From an uncultured Candidatus Entotheonella sp. (lineage in GTDB: Bacteria; Tectomicrobia; Entotheonellia; Entotheonellales; Entotheonellaceae), in contig OZ244252.1 in the NCBI GenBank assembly GCA_965217185.1, forward strand, positions 3,712,001-3,776,000: 64,000 nt of DNA, given 5' to 3'. Of this stretch, positions 20,040-29,449 are shown piece after piece (within the stretch, counting starts at the first letter, position 1; each line of letters opens with the position of its first letter). A program made the position numbers and the translations under genes. The notes beneath the pieces are model-generated. The model was not told where the DNA came from. It was given only the letters and a program-made list of their open reading frames with translations, and did not search any database.

Positions 20040-20050
20040 CGGTCACAGGG

Positions 20051-20923
20051 CTACTGATACCACTTTTCGCCCATCTTTTCGTACTGATTCATGCTGTGGC
20101 CCAACCAGAGCTGGGCGTTCTCGATATCACGAAGCATCTTGATGCGCTGGACCGACTTGTTGTAGTCAAGGATGCTGTAGTTGAGCCCGGCGGGGTACCC
20201 CTCCAGGTTCTCCTCCACCCACACGGCGTCCTGCGTCAGGAGGACCGTGCCGGTATCGGCCAGTTGCACCTTGACCGACTGGTGGCCGAGGGTATGACCC
20301 GGCGTGCTGATGACGACCATGCTGCCGTCGCCGAACAGGTCATAGTCGCCGCCCAACTCGAAATAGGTGAAGTCGCGCGCGTCGTCATAGTCGGCCATGA
20401 CGTGCGCCCCGCCGCGCTGGAACTTCTCCGGCCACCACGCCTGGTACAACTCTTTCTTCTGGATCACGTGGATGGCATCCGGGAACATCTCAATGTTGCC
20501 GATGTGGTCCAGGTGCGAGTGCGAGGTGATGACGATCTTCACGTCACCGACACGGTAGCCGACCTTTTCGAGTAGTTTGTCGATGACCTCCGCGCGGGTC
20601 TGGGAGGGTTGCAGATTATCGCAAATCCAGGAGTTCCAGTGGCTCTTGCAATTGCCGTCGGAGATGGCCACGTTGTTGCCGGTGTCAAAGACGACCAAGC
20701 CCTTCGGGTGATCAATGATGTACATGTTGACGGGCATCATGACATCCCGGTCCTGGTCCTTCGGATAGGTGGGCAGCACGTCGAGGATGGAGAAGGGTCC
20801 GAGCAGGCCGCTGGCGGTCCAGAATATCCTGATCCTGGCGTCTCCGTGACTCATGGCGGCGACTGAGGAGGCGCCGACGCAAACCATGACGAGGATTGCC
20901 GTAGCGATGCCAAGCTTCTTCAT
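20051..20923 (-). CDS. Secreted N-acyl homoserine lactonase-family metallo-beta-lactamase-fold hydrolase, copy 3
   Basis: Signal peptide; FDTG, SHSHLDHIG (HxHxDH), DLFGDG, TPGHTLGHQS, C-terminal GH. Confidence 0.88.
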   Translation of the reverse strand: MKKLGIATAILVMVCVGASSVAAMSHGDARIRIFWTASGLLGPFSILDVLPTYPKDQDRDVMMPVNMYIIDHPKGLVVFDTGNNVAISDGNCKSHWNSWICDNLQPSQTRAEVIDKLLEKVGYRVGDVKIVITSHSHLDHIGNIEMFPDAIHVIQKKELYQAWWPEKFQRGGAHVMADYDDARDFTYFELGGDYDLFGDGSMVVISTPGHTLGHQSVKVQLADTGTVLLTQDAVWVEENLEGYPAGLNYSILDYNKSVQRIKMLRDIENAQLWLGHSMNQYEKMGEKWYQ

Positions 20924-21040
20924 TACCTTCTTCCCTTATCGATTACTGCTTGTCAATCAACCAGGGGCGGGAACCAACAGCGGCCCCGCCCCTTTCAAGC
21001 TAAACCTGCCCGACAGCAAGAGGGGTTCACGTGGCGCGGA

Positions 21041-21913
21041 CTACTGGTACCACTTCTCGCCCATCACCTCGTACTGTTCCATGCTGTGGCCCATCCAGAC
21101 CTGAGCGTTCTCGATGTCACGAATCATCTTGATGCGGTTCACCGAATTCGTGTAGTCGAGGATGCTGTAATTGAGCCCGGCGGGGTGACCTTCCAGGTTC
21201 TCCTTCACCCACACGGCGTCCTGCGCCAGTATGACCGTGCCGGTCTCAGCCATCCGCACCTTGACCGACTGGTGCCCGAGGGTGTGGCCCGGAGTGCTGA
21301 TGACCACCACGCTGCCGTCGCCGAACAGGTCATAGTCGCCATTGAGCTCAAAGTAGGTGAAATCGCGCGCGTCGTCATAGTCGGCGACGACGTGCGCTCC
21401 ACCGCGCTGGAACTTCTCCGGCCACCAGGCCTGGTACAACTCTTTCTTCTGGATCACGTGGATGGCATCCGGGAACATCTCGATGTTGCCGATGTGGTCC
21501 AGGTGGGAGTGCGAGGTGATGACGATCTTGACGTCGTCGACCGTGAAGCCGACCTTTTCGAGTTGCTTGTCGATGACGTCGGCGCGCGTCTGGGACGGTT
21601 GCAGGAGGCCGCAGAAGCCCTCGTTCCAATGGCTGGTGCAATTACCGTCGGAGATGGCCACGTTGTTGCCGGTGTCAAACAGGATCAGGCCCATCGGGTG
21701 ATCGATGATCCACATGTTGATGGGGATCATGATGTCGTGGTCCTGGTCTTTCGGATAGGAGGGCAGCAAAACGCTAATGGGCAGGGGGCCGAACAGGCCG
21801 CTGGCGGTCCAGAAAATCTTGGGACCGGCGGCGCCGTGACTCATGGCGGCGACCGAAGAGGCGCCGACACACACCATGACAAGGATTGCCACAGCGATTG
21901 TGAGCTTCTTCAT
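21041..21913 (-). CDS. Secreted N-acyl homoserine lactonase-family MBL-fold hydrolase, copy 2
   Basis: Same motifs; near-identical core to the flanking paralogues; ATG at 21913. Confidence 0.88.
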   Translation of the reverse strand: MKKLTIAVAILVMVCVGASSVAAMSHGAAGPKIFWTASGLFGPLPISVLLPSYPKDQDHDIMIPINMWIIDHPMGLILFDTGNNVAISDGNCTSHWNEGFCGLLQPSQTRADVIDKQLEKVGFTVDDVKIVITSHSHLDHIGNIEMFPDAIHVIQKKELYQAWWPEKFQRGGAHVVADYDDARDFTYFELNGDYDLFGDGSVVVISTPGHTLGHQSVKVRMAETGTVILAQDAVWVKENLEGHPAGLNYSILDYTNSVNRIKMIRDIENAQVWMGHSMEQYEVMGEKWYQ

Positions 21914-22031
21914 TACCTCTCTCCTTATCGATGACAACTCGTCACATTAACCGAAGGGCGAGAACCGGCAGCGGCCCCGCCCCCTTTCATGCGAGCCTTC
22001 CCCGACAGCAGAAAGGCTCACGCGGCGCGGG

Positions 22032-22898
22032 CTACTGGTACCACTTCTCGCCCATCGCCTCGTACTGCTTGATGCTGTGTCCCAGCCACAACGGCGCGTT
22101 CTCAATGTCGCGCATCATCTTCAGCCGGTTCACGGACTGGGTGTAGTCCAGGATGCTGTAGTTCAGGCCGGCGGGATAGCCTTCCAGGTTCTCTTCCATC
22201 CACACCGCGTCCTGCGTCAGGATGACCGTGCCGGTGTCGGCCATCCGCACCTTCACGGATTGATGCCCGAGGGTGTGGCCCGGGGTGCTGATGACAACCA
22301 AGCTGCCGTCGCCGAACAGGTCATAGTCGCCGTTGAGCTCGAAATAGGTGAAATCACGCGCGTCGTCATAATCGGCCATGACGTGCGCCCCGCCGCGCTG
22401 GAACTTCTCCGGCCACCAGGCCTGGTACAGTTCCTTCTTCTGGATCACGTGGATGGCATTCGGGAACATCTCGATGTTGCCGATGTGGTCCAGGTGGGAG
22501 TGCGAGGTGATGACGATCTTGACGTCGTCGACCGTGAAGCCGACCTTTTCGAGTTGCTTGTCGATGACGTCGCCGCGCGCCTGGGAGGGCTGCAGGAAAT
22601 CGCAGAGGCCCGCAATCCAGTGGCTCGTGCAGGCGCCGTCGGAAATGGCCACGTTGTTGCCGGTGTCATAGACGACCAAGCCTTTCGGGTGGTCGATGAT
22701 CCACATGTTGATGGGGATCAGGATGTCACGGGCGTCGGGGTAGGTGGGGATAAGACCCTGGATGTTGAAGGGGCCGAACAGGCCGCTGGCCGTCCAGTAG
22801 ACTCTGGGGCCGGCGCCATGGCTCATGGCGCTGGCCGTGGAGGCACCGATCACGCAAACCATGGCGAACAGCGCCACGGCGATCACAAACTTACGCAT
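22032..22898 (-). CDS. Secreted N-acyl homoserine lactonase-family MBL-fold hydrolase, copy 1
   Basis: Same motifs; ATG at 22898 after AGGAG. Confidence 0.88.
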   Translation of the reverse strand: MRKFVIAVALFAMVCVIGASTASAMSHGAGPRVYWTASGLFGPFNIQGLIPTYPDARDILIPINMWIIDHPKGLVVYDTGNNVAISDGACTSHWIAGLCDFLQPSQARGDVIDKQLEKVGFTVDDVKIVITSHSHLDHIGNIEMFPNAIHVIQKKELYQAWWPEKFQRGGAHVMADYDDARDFTYFELNGDYDLFGDGSLVVISTPGHTLGHQSVKVRMADTGTVILTQDAVWMEENLEGYPAGLNYSILDYTQSVNRLKMMRDIENAPLWLGHSIKQYEAMGEKWYQ

Positions 22899-23057
22899 AC
22901 CAAATCTCCTCATAATGAAAAAGCGTCCCAGGGCCGCAGATAAACCCCTGGTCCGACTTGGAAATCCTCGAAGTTGCAGCCTTATATCACGCGACAGCGT
23001 ACCATAGCAAGGGGTTTTCCGGCAGTCAAACACCAAAAAAGCGGCTTCAAATAAGGC

Positions 23058-23810
23058 TTACAGGGCTGTTACACCCCCGTCGATGACCATCTCGCTGCCG
23101 GTCATGAACGACGACTCATCGGAGGCCAGAAATAGAACGCCATAGGCGATCTCATCGGGGTCGGCGTACCTGCCGAGCGGGGTGCGGCGCCGCATGGCTT
23201 GCAGCCACTCTGGATCGGACCAGCCGCGCTCGGTCATGGGCGTCTTCACCGGGCCGGGATGGATGGAGTTGCAGCGGATGCCCTCGGCGGCGTGCTGCAC
23301 CGCGGTGGACTTGGTGAGAATGCGCACCGCGCCCTTGGAGGCGTTGTAGCCGGGGTGGATGTTGGTTTGACCCACCATGCCGGATATCGACGAGATGTTG
23401 ATGATGGAACCGCCGCCGGCCGCGCGCATCGCCGGAATCACCGCCTTGGTGCCCAGAAACACCCCCTTGGCGTTGACCTCCATGATGCGGTCCCACTCCT
23501 CCACGGTGGCGTCGTCGCCGGCGTTCCAACTGGCGATGCCGGCGTTGTTGACTAGAATGTCCACCTTGCCGAAGCGCGACACCGCAGTGCCGACCGCCTC
23601 GCGCCAGGCGTCCTCGTCGGTCACGTCCAACCGCACGTAAACCGCCTCGCCACCCGCCGCCGTAATCTCGGCTTCAACCTGCCGGCCCTCGTCGTCCAGG
23701 ATGTCGCCAAACACCACCTTGGCGCCTTCCCTCACAAACATCCTCGCCTCCGCCGCTCCCTGCCCGCGGGCGCCTCCGGTGATGATGGCGACCTTGCCTT
23801 GTAAGCGCAT
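23058..23810 (-). CDS. SDR family oxidoreductase (3-alpha/20-beta-HSD or cyclopentanol dehydrogenase-like)
   Basis: TGGARGQG, NNAG, NISS, YNASKG, NSIHPG. Confidence 0.92.
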   Translation of the reverse strand: MRLQGKVAIITGGARGQGAAEARMFVREGAKVVFGDILDDEGRQVEAEITAAGGEAVYVRLDVTDEDAWREAVGTAVSRFGKVDILVNNAGIASWNAGDDATVEEWDRIMEVNAKGVFLGTKAVIPAMRAAGGGSIINISSISGMVGQTNIHPGYNASKGAVRILTKSTAVQHAAEGIRCNSIHPGPVKTPMTERGWSDPEWLQAMRRRTPLGRYADPDEIAYGVLFLASDESSFMTGSEMVIDGGVTAL

Positions 23811-24006
23811 GCGTGTGTCTCCTTCAGAAATCATGCGTGGTTGATTAGCAGTTCATAGCGGGGCGTAGTATCTCCGCTTAGTATGGCAATGCGCAACTGG
23901 CGTTGACTCTGACTGTAGAACCACACCGAATTCTGGTCTGAAATGCCGTAGGGGAATTATATTCTTGTGCACGACGGATCGACTCCAGATATGAGGAGAT
24001 GGCGTG

Positions 24007-24861
24007 ATGCTTCGTGAACATGCACTTCGTTTCAGGCTCGCGCTGCTTGCGGCCTTGGTAAGCTCGGCTGCGTTCCTGCTTGCCGGGTGTGAGCAGGCGA
24101 AGGCACCGCTGCCGGGCAGCTTCAACACCGCCGATGTCGCCGCTTATTGCAGGGACTGGGCCAAATTACGGAACGCGGGTTTCGTCTACGAGAACAACGT
24201 CTGGAACCAAGGAACCATCAAAAGAGAGAATCGTGCCCAATGCTTGTTGAAGCGCGTCGTGGACGGCGAGGTGCAGTACGGCTGGCGCTGGCGATGGCCG
24301 CGCGGAAGCGGAAACGTAAAGGCATATCCGGAAGTCATCTACGGACATAAGCCATGGTTCACGTCTTCGACAACGGCGGACCTGCCCCGTCGAATATCCA
24401 CTATCGACAAGCTATCCGTTACCTATGACATCGAGATGCAGGCGCGGGGGCGCTACAATTTGGCCTTCGACATATGGGTGACAGATAGCGAGAGACCGAC
24501 CCCTTCGGACATCACGCACGAAATCATGATCTGGGTGGGCGAACGGACGCGCGCGTGGGAACCGTCGCCGGGGTATCTGGCCAAAAGGGTCGCGATTGGC
24601 GGCGCGACGTATGACCTCACCATCAGGCCGCACGCCGAATGGCTCAAAGAACACGGCGCCCCGGATGTCGCCTACATCGCCTTCAACAGCCGCACGGCCC
24701 AAGTAAGCGGCAGGATCGACGTCAAGAAATTTCTCGATTACCTGACGGATCACGACCACCTTCCTGCCGATGGTTACATAGCCTCGGTGGAGTTGGGAAA
24801 CGAGGTTATGAACGGCACCGGCGAGTTGTGGCTCAAGAGCTATGAAATCAGAGTCGACTAA
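24007..24861 (+). CDS. Glycoside hydrolase family 12 lipoprotein
   Basis: Lipobox LLAGC; NNVWN, VKAYPEVIYG, YNLAFDIW, HEIMIW, SVELGNE (both catalytic Glu regions). Confidence 0.85.
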   Translation: MLREHALRFRLALLAALVSSAAFLLAGCEQAKAPLPGSFNTADVAAYCRDWAKLRNAGFVYENNVWNQGTIKRENRAQCLLKRVVDGEVQYGWRWRWPRGSGNVKAYPEVIYGHKPWFTSSTTADLPRRISTIDKLSVTYDIEMQARGRYNLAFDIWVTDSERPTPSDITHEIMIWVGERTRAWEPSPGYLAKRVAIGGATYDLTIRPHAEWLKEHGAPDVAYIAFNSRTAQVSGRIDVKKFLDYLTDHDHLPADGYIASVELGNEVMNGTGELWLKSYEIRVD

Positions 24862-25051
24862 GGACTCGGAACGGCTGGCAGATCCGTCTCGCGGGTGTCG
24901 CGGTCTGGCGGTCGGGGGGCGGCTCCCAGCGCTGCTGGGTTGCCCCGCAAAATTTCCTGAGGCGTTTCCGCTCTGTTGTCGACATGTGCTCGGCCGTGCA
25001 CTCAATTAACCTCTGGCTGTCAGAACACCTGCCGAAAGACAAGGAGACCTG

Positions 25052-25537
25052 ATGGCTGTCGAACCTCCTTTACTGGTCATGCTCGTCGGCCTGCCGGGAA
25101 GTGGCAAGAGCACCGCTGCCAAACGCCTGGCCTCTGTGATCAGTAACCAAGGGCGACCGTGCGAAATAATTGGCACCGACGTCTACCTGGAGGCCGAAGC
25201 AGCACGCCGAGGTCTGTCATACACAGCGATTTTTGCGGAGCAGCGCGACTTAGCGGACGCCATCATGTGGAGCCGCGCCAAGGAGGCCATCCGCAGGCGA
25301 ATTTCCGTCATCTGGGATCAGACGAACCTCACGGCGAACGCTCGCCGCTGGCGCCTGCGTCTATTCCCCGAGGATTACTTGCGCATCGCGGCCGTCATGC
25401 CCGCAACCGACGACGAAGCCTGGGAACGCAACCTTGCGCGCGGCCCGGGGCGTGCGGTGCCCGAGCACGTTTTTGACCGCATGCGGGCGGAATTGCGTCG
25501 TCCGAGCAGGGAAGAGGGCTTTCAGATGTTCCTCTGA
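25052..25537 (+). CDS. AAA_33 / polynucleotide-kinase-like P-loop protein
   Basis: MLVGLPGSGKST, VIWDQTNLT, RNLAR..RAVPEHV..RM, P...EGF. Confidence 0.8.
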   Translation: MAVEPPLLVMLVGLPGSGKSTAAKRLASVISNQGRPCEIIGTDVYLEAEAARRGLSYTAIFAEQRDLADAIMWSRAKEAIRRRISVIWDQTNLTANARRWRLRLFPEDYLRIAAVMPATDDEAWERNLARGPGRAVPEHVFDRMRAELRRPSREEGFQMFL

Positions 25538-25678
25538 TGCGTCGAAAAACCTCATCGGAACGAAAATACTACCTGGCAGAGCGTGGGACAGGTTGCGGAG
25601 TCGTCAGAGCGGCCGATGCAATCGGGTCACCACTTTTTCGGGGACTGCCATCCAGTTGACGGCGGAGGGCAGCACCCG

Positions 25679-25772
25679 CGTCCCCGAGGTGAACAGCCAG
25701 CGTGCGCCCGGCGGCACTTCAACAGCGTCGTTTGTAGCGGTCGATCTGCGAGGCAACTCCAACGTTGTGCAT
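25679..25772 (-). pseudogene. Remnant of a RidA/YjgF-family gene (5' fragment, frameshifted)
   Basis: RBS AAGGAAGGGG, ATG 25772: MHNVGVASQIDRY, one extra base at 25731-25733, then DAVEVPPGARWLFTSGT; recognisable similarity ends there. Confidence 0.5.
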
Positions 25773-25931
25773 CAAGTTCCCCTTCCTTGTCACATTGCGC
25801 CAGTATTCCTGTGCATTTCAGCAGATTCCGACAGAGAATTCCCGTGTTTCAAAATGGACAACGCCGAGGGGGCGGGGTAGGGTAGGCGCTTCCAGAAGGG
25901 GACACATCACAAAACTGGGGATAGACCGAAG

Positions 25932-26473
25932 ATGCAGGAACAAAACAACAGCCAAGGCGCCCGCGGCGTGGCGTTCGGCATTGCCGCCATGGCGGTGGTT
26001 GTGACGGCCTCGAACATTCTGGTGCAATATCCGATCAACGACTGGCTGACGTGGGCCGCGCTGTCGTACCCGTTCGCGTTTTGGTCACCGATCTGACGAA
26101 CCGGCGTCTGGGGCCGGGCAGTGCGCGGCGCGTGGTGTGGGTCGGCTTTGCGTTCGCGGTGGTGCTCTCCGCCTGACTGGCGACGCCGCGTATTGCCGGG
26201 GCGTCGGGGAGCGCCTTTCTGGTCGGTCAACTCGCCGACGTGTGGATGTTCGACCGGCTGCGGCATTTGAAGTGGTGGCAGGCGCCGCTGGTGTCGTCGT
26301 CGCTGGGGTCGATCCTGGACACGGCGCTGTTCTTCTCGCTGGCCTTTGCCGGAACCGGCTTGCCGTGGACCACGTGGGCGCTGGGCGATCTGGCAGTGAA
26401 GGCGGTGTTCGCGGCGCTGCTGCTGATCCCGTTCCGGCTGTTGCTGGGTTTGACCCGGCCAGCGGCGGTGTAA
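25932..26473 (+). pseudogene. VUT/YhhQ family queuosine-precursor transporter, disrupted
   Basis: ASNILVQYPINDWLTWAALSYPFAF, frameshift near 26080, LVTDLTNRR, in-frame TGA at 26174-26176, then RIAGASGSAFLVGQLADV...DTALFFSLAF. Confidence 0.85.
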
Positions 26474-26505
26474 GCTTGGGGCTTGGGTCATCTGAGGAGG
26501 ACGTG

Positions 26506-27249
26506 ATGGACGCCGATCTGACGCAGTTCCGCGATTCCATCGAAGACGCCGGCCGCATCGTGTTTTTCACCGGCGCCGGCATCAGCACCGAATCGGGCAT
26601 TCCCGATTTTCGCAGTCCGGGCGGCATTTGGACGCGGTTTCGCCCCATCGACTTCGCGGAGTTCATGGCGTCGCGGGAGGCGCGGCGGGAAGCCTGGCGG
26701 CGCAAGTTCGAGACCGACAAGACACTCAGCATCGCCAAGCCTAACGACGGGCACGCCGCCATCGCCAGGCTGGTGCGGCAGAGTAAGGCGTCGTGCGTCA
26801 TCACCCAGAACATCGACGGGTTGCACCAGGCGTCCGGAGTGCCGGACGAGCAGGTCATCGAGCTGCACGGCAATACGACGTACGCCCACTGCCTCGGCTG
26901 CCGCCAGCGCTATGAGCTTGAGCCCATCCGGGAGCAATTCGAGCGCGACGGCGAGCCGCCGGATTGCCATTGCGGCGGCTACGTCAAGACCGCCACGATC
27001 TCGTTCGGCCAAGCGATGCCGGAGGCGGAGATGGCGCGAGCCGAGGCGGAAACGAACGCCTGCGACCTGTTCGTGGCCGTCGGCTCGTCATTGGTCGTCT
27101 ATCCCGCCGCCGGTTTCCCCGCCCTCGCCAAGCGGCGCGGCGCCCGCTTGGTCATTCTCAACCGCGAGCCGACCGACCTCGACCCCATCGCCGACCTGGT
27201 GCTGCACCGCGAAATCGGCCCGACCTTGGCGAGCGTGACCGGCACCTGA
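26506..27249 (+). CDS. cobB: Sir2-family NAD-dependent protein deacylase
   Basis: FTGAGISTESGIPDFRS, TQNIDGLH, ELHG, CxxC/CxC zinc site, GSSLVVYPAA, LNREPT. Confidence 0.93.
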   Translation: MDADLTQFRDSIEDAGRIVFFTGAGISTESGIPDFRSPGGIWTRFRPIDFAEFMASREARREAWRRKFETDKTLSIAKPNDGHAAIARLVRQSKASCVITQNIDGLHQASGVPDEQVIELHGNTTYAHCLGCRQRYELEPIREQFERDGEPPDCHCGGYVKTATISFGQAMPEAEMARAEAETNACDLFVAVGSSLVVYPAAGFPALAKRRGARLVILNREPTDLDPIADLVLHREIGPTLASVTGT

Positions 27250-27285
27250 CCCGCCGTACCCCTTTTGAACGAAAAGACCGCCCGC

Positions 27286-28215
27286 ATGCCTCACACCTTT
27301 GAGATCATCCCGCGAGCCCCCTACTCGTTCGACCTGACCGCCGGGCGCTTCGGGCGTTTTGCCAGCGAGATCGTCGATCTGCTCGACGGCAAGCAGTATC
27401 GCCGTTTGCTCGTCGCCGGCCGTCAGCTTGCCCTGGCCACGGTGACGGACGTCGGCACCGTCGGCAAGCCACGCCTCGCCGTGGAATTGCGCAGTCCATC
27501 AAAGGCGCCGCTGCAGCGGGAAGTCTTTGAGGCGCAGGTGCGGCACATCCTGTGTACCGATCTCGACCTCAGGCCATTCTATCGCTTGGCGCGCGGCAAC
27601 GACCTGCTGGCGCCGATGGTCACCCGCTTCCGCGGCTTGCGCCTTGCGGCCAGCCCGACGCTGTTCGAGGCGCTGGTCGGCGCGGTGCTGTCGCAGCAGG
27701 TCAACCTCACGTTCGCCTACTCGATCAAGCGGGAACTGGTCGAGCGCTTCGGGCGCAAATGGCGCGTCGGGGGCCACACCTATTGGGCCTTCCCGGAGCC
27801 ACGCCGCTTTGCCGAGCAGAGCGTGGAAGACCTGCGCGCCTTTCGCCTGAGCAACGCCAAGGCCGGTGCGCTCATTCGCCTTGGCGGCGCCTTTACTTCC
27901 GCCACCCCTTTTCCTGCCCCGTCCGGCGAGCTGGATTCGCTGTCCGACGATGATCTCATCGAACGCCTGACCACCCTCAAGGGCATCGGCCGCTGGACCG
28001 CCGAAACCGCCCTGGTGCGCGGCCTCATCCGTCCCGACGTTTTTCCCGCCGGCGACCTTGCAGTCGTCAAATACTTAGCCCAAAGCCTGCTGGGCAAAAC
28101 GGAAAAAGCCTCCGAAGCCGAGATGCGCACCTTTGCCGAAGGTTGGCGCCCCTACCGCGGCCTCGCCCTTGTCTATTGCTACGCCGAGATGGGCCGCCGG
28201 CGCAGCGAGGGTTGA
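27286..28215 (+). CDS. alkA: DNA-3-methyladenine glycosylase II (HhH-GPD)
   Basis: FEALVGAVLSQQV, AFPEP, LKGIGRWTAE, FPAGD, WRPYRG. Confidence 0.85.
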   Translation: MPHTFEIIPRAPYSFDLTAGRFGRFASEIVDLLDGKQYRRLLVAGRQLALATVTDVGTVGKPRLAVELRSPSKAPLQREVFEAQVRHILCTDLDLRPFYRLARGNDLLAPMVTRFRGLRLAASPTLFEALVGAVLSQQVNLTFAYSIKRELVERFGRKWRVGGHTYWAFPEPRRFAEQSVEDLRAFRLSNAKAGALIRLGGAFTSATPFPAPSGELDSLSDDDLIERLTTLKGIGRWTAETALVRGLIRPDVFPAGDLAVVKYLAQSLLGKTEKASEAEMRTFAEGWRPYRGLALVYCYAEMGRRRSEG

Positions 28216-28343
28216 GGGCGGCTCGGTTGACACTTTCAAGTGGGCTGGTGTCTAATTCGGCGGGCCGAAACCAAGGCTTTGCCAGCGTCAGGACCGCGCC
28301 GGGCGCCGATTCCGTTGGTGTTCATAATGAGAGGGATAACATC

Positions 28344-29438
28344 ATGAAATTCGGTTTCTTCACCATCATTCCGTTCCACGAGGGCGACACCGAGCCGCGG
28401 CTGTTTCACGAAACGCTGGAACGCATCGAGCTGGTGGACCAATTAGGGTTCGACGAGGTGTGGATCGGCGAGCACCACTTCTCGCGGCATGGGCTGGTCT
28501 CGGGGGTCAACACGTGGATGGGCGCGATTGCGGCGCGGACAAAACAGGTGCGCATCGGCACGGCGATTACCATTCTGCCCTTCCACAATCCGATCATGGC
28601 GGCGGAAGAAGCGGCGACGCTGGACATCCTCAGCAACGGGCGGCTCAATTTCGGCATCGGCAGCGGCTATCAGCGGCAGGAGTTCGACGGTCTTGGCGTG
28701 CCGATCAACGAGGCGCGAGAGCGGTTTCACGAATCGCTTGAGGTCATCACGCGCGCCTGGACGGAGGAGCGGCTCACCTTTCACGGCAAATACACGCACG
28801 TGGACGACCTCTGGGTGCTGCCCAAGCCGGTGCAGAAGCCGCACCCGCCGCTGTACATCGCCGTCAGCACCAGTCCGACCAGCGTCGAGTTCGCCGCCAG
28901 CCGCCGCATTCCGATCATCGTCGGCGGCCCCACCGACGTGATGGGGCAGGCGCCGCAGGTGGTCAAGCTGTGGCACGACAAAATGGAAGCGCTCGGCCAC
29001 GAGCACGCCCACATCGACCTGCCGGTGGCCAGCCGAGTGTACGTCGCGCCGACGATGGACGAGGCGCAGGGCGACATCCGGGGGCTTGAGGACTTCCATA
29101 GTCGCGTGATGAGCAGCATCGGCACCACCGGGGCGCCCGTTGGTATGCCGACCGACCGGGACGGCAACCTGCCGCCGGGCTACGAGTTCTGGGCCAACCG
29201 GCAGCGCGACCGCGACCGTTCGGCGGAACCCGGCCAGACCGTCATGCCGCCGCTCATCGGCACGCCGGAGGTGGTCAGCGAGCGTCTGGCGCTGATCGAG
29301 CAGCGCGGCATTCGTCGTGTGTTCGCCCAATTCGGCTTTCCCGGCGTGCCGCACGCTAAGGTCATGCGCGCCCTCGAACTGTTCGGCACGCAGGTGATGC
29401 CGCATTTTCGCACCCAGACGGCCAGCGTGGCCGGGTAG
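28344..29438 (+). CDS. LLM class flavin-dependent oxidoreductase
   Basis: GFDEVWIGEHHF, RIGTA, AEEAATLDILSNGRL.FGIGSGY, PKPVQKPHPP. Confidence 0.92.
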   Translation: MKFGFFTIIPFHEGDTEPRLFHETLERIELVDQLGFDEVWIGEHHFSRHGLVSGVNTWMGAIAARTKQVRIGTAITILPFHNPIMAAEEAATLDILSNGRLNFGIGSGYQRQEFDGLGVPINEARERFHESLEVITRAWTEERLTFHGKYTHVDDLWVLPKPVQKPHPPLYIAVSTSPTSVEFAASRRIPIIVGGPTDVMGQAPQVVKLWHDKMEALGHEHAHIDLPVASRVYVAPTMDEAQGDIRGLEDFHSRVMSSIGTTGAPVGMPTDRDGNLPPGYEFWANRQRDRDRSAEPGQTVMPPLIGTPEVVSERLALIEQRGIRRVFAQFGFPGVPHAKVMRALELFGTQVMPHFRTQTASVAG

Positions 29439-29449
29439 CGGGGCGCCGT

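Noticed and set aside
26506..27249. Sir2 gene as a Thoeris/DSR-type defence effector
   Set aside because: It has the complete zinc-binding CobB-type deacylase architecture, not the defence SIR2 form.
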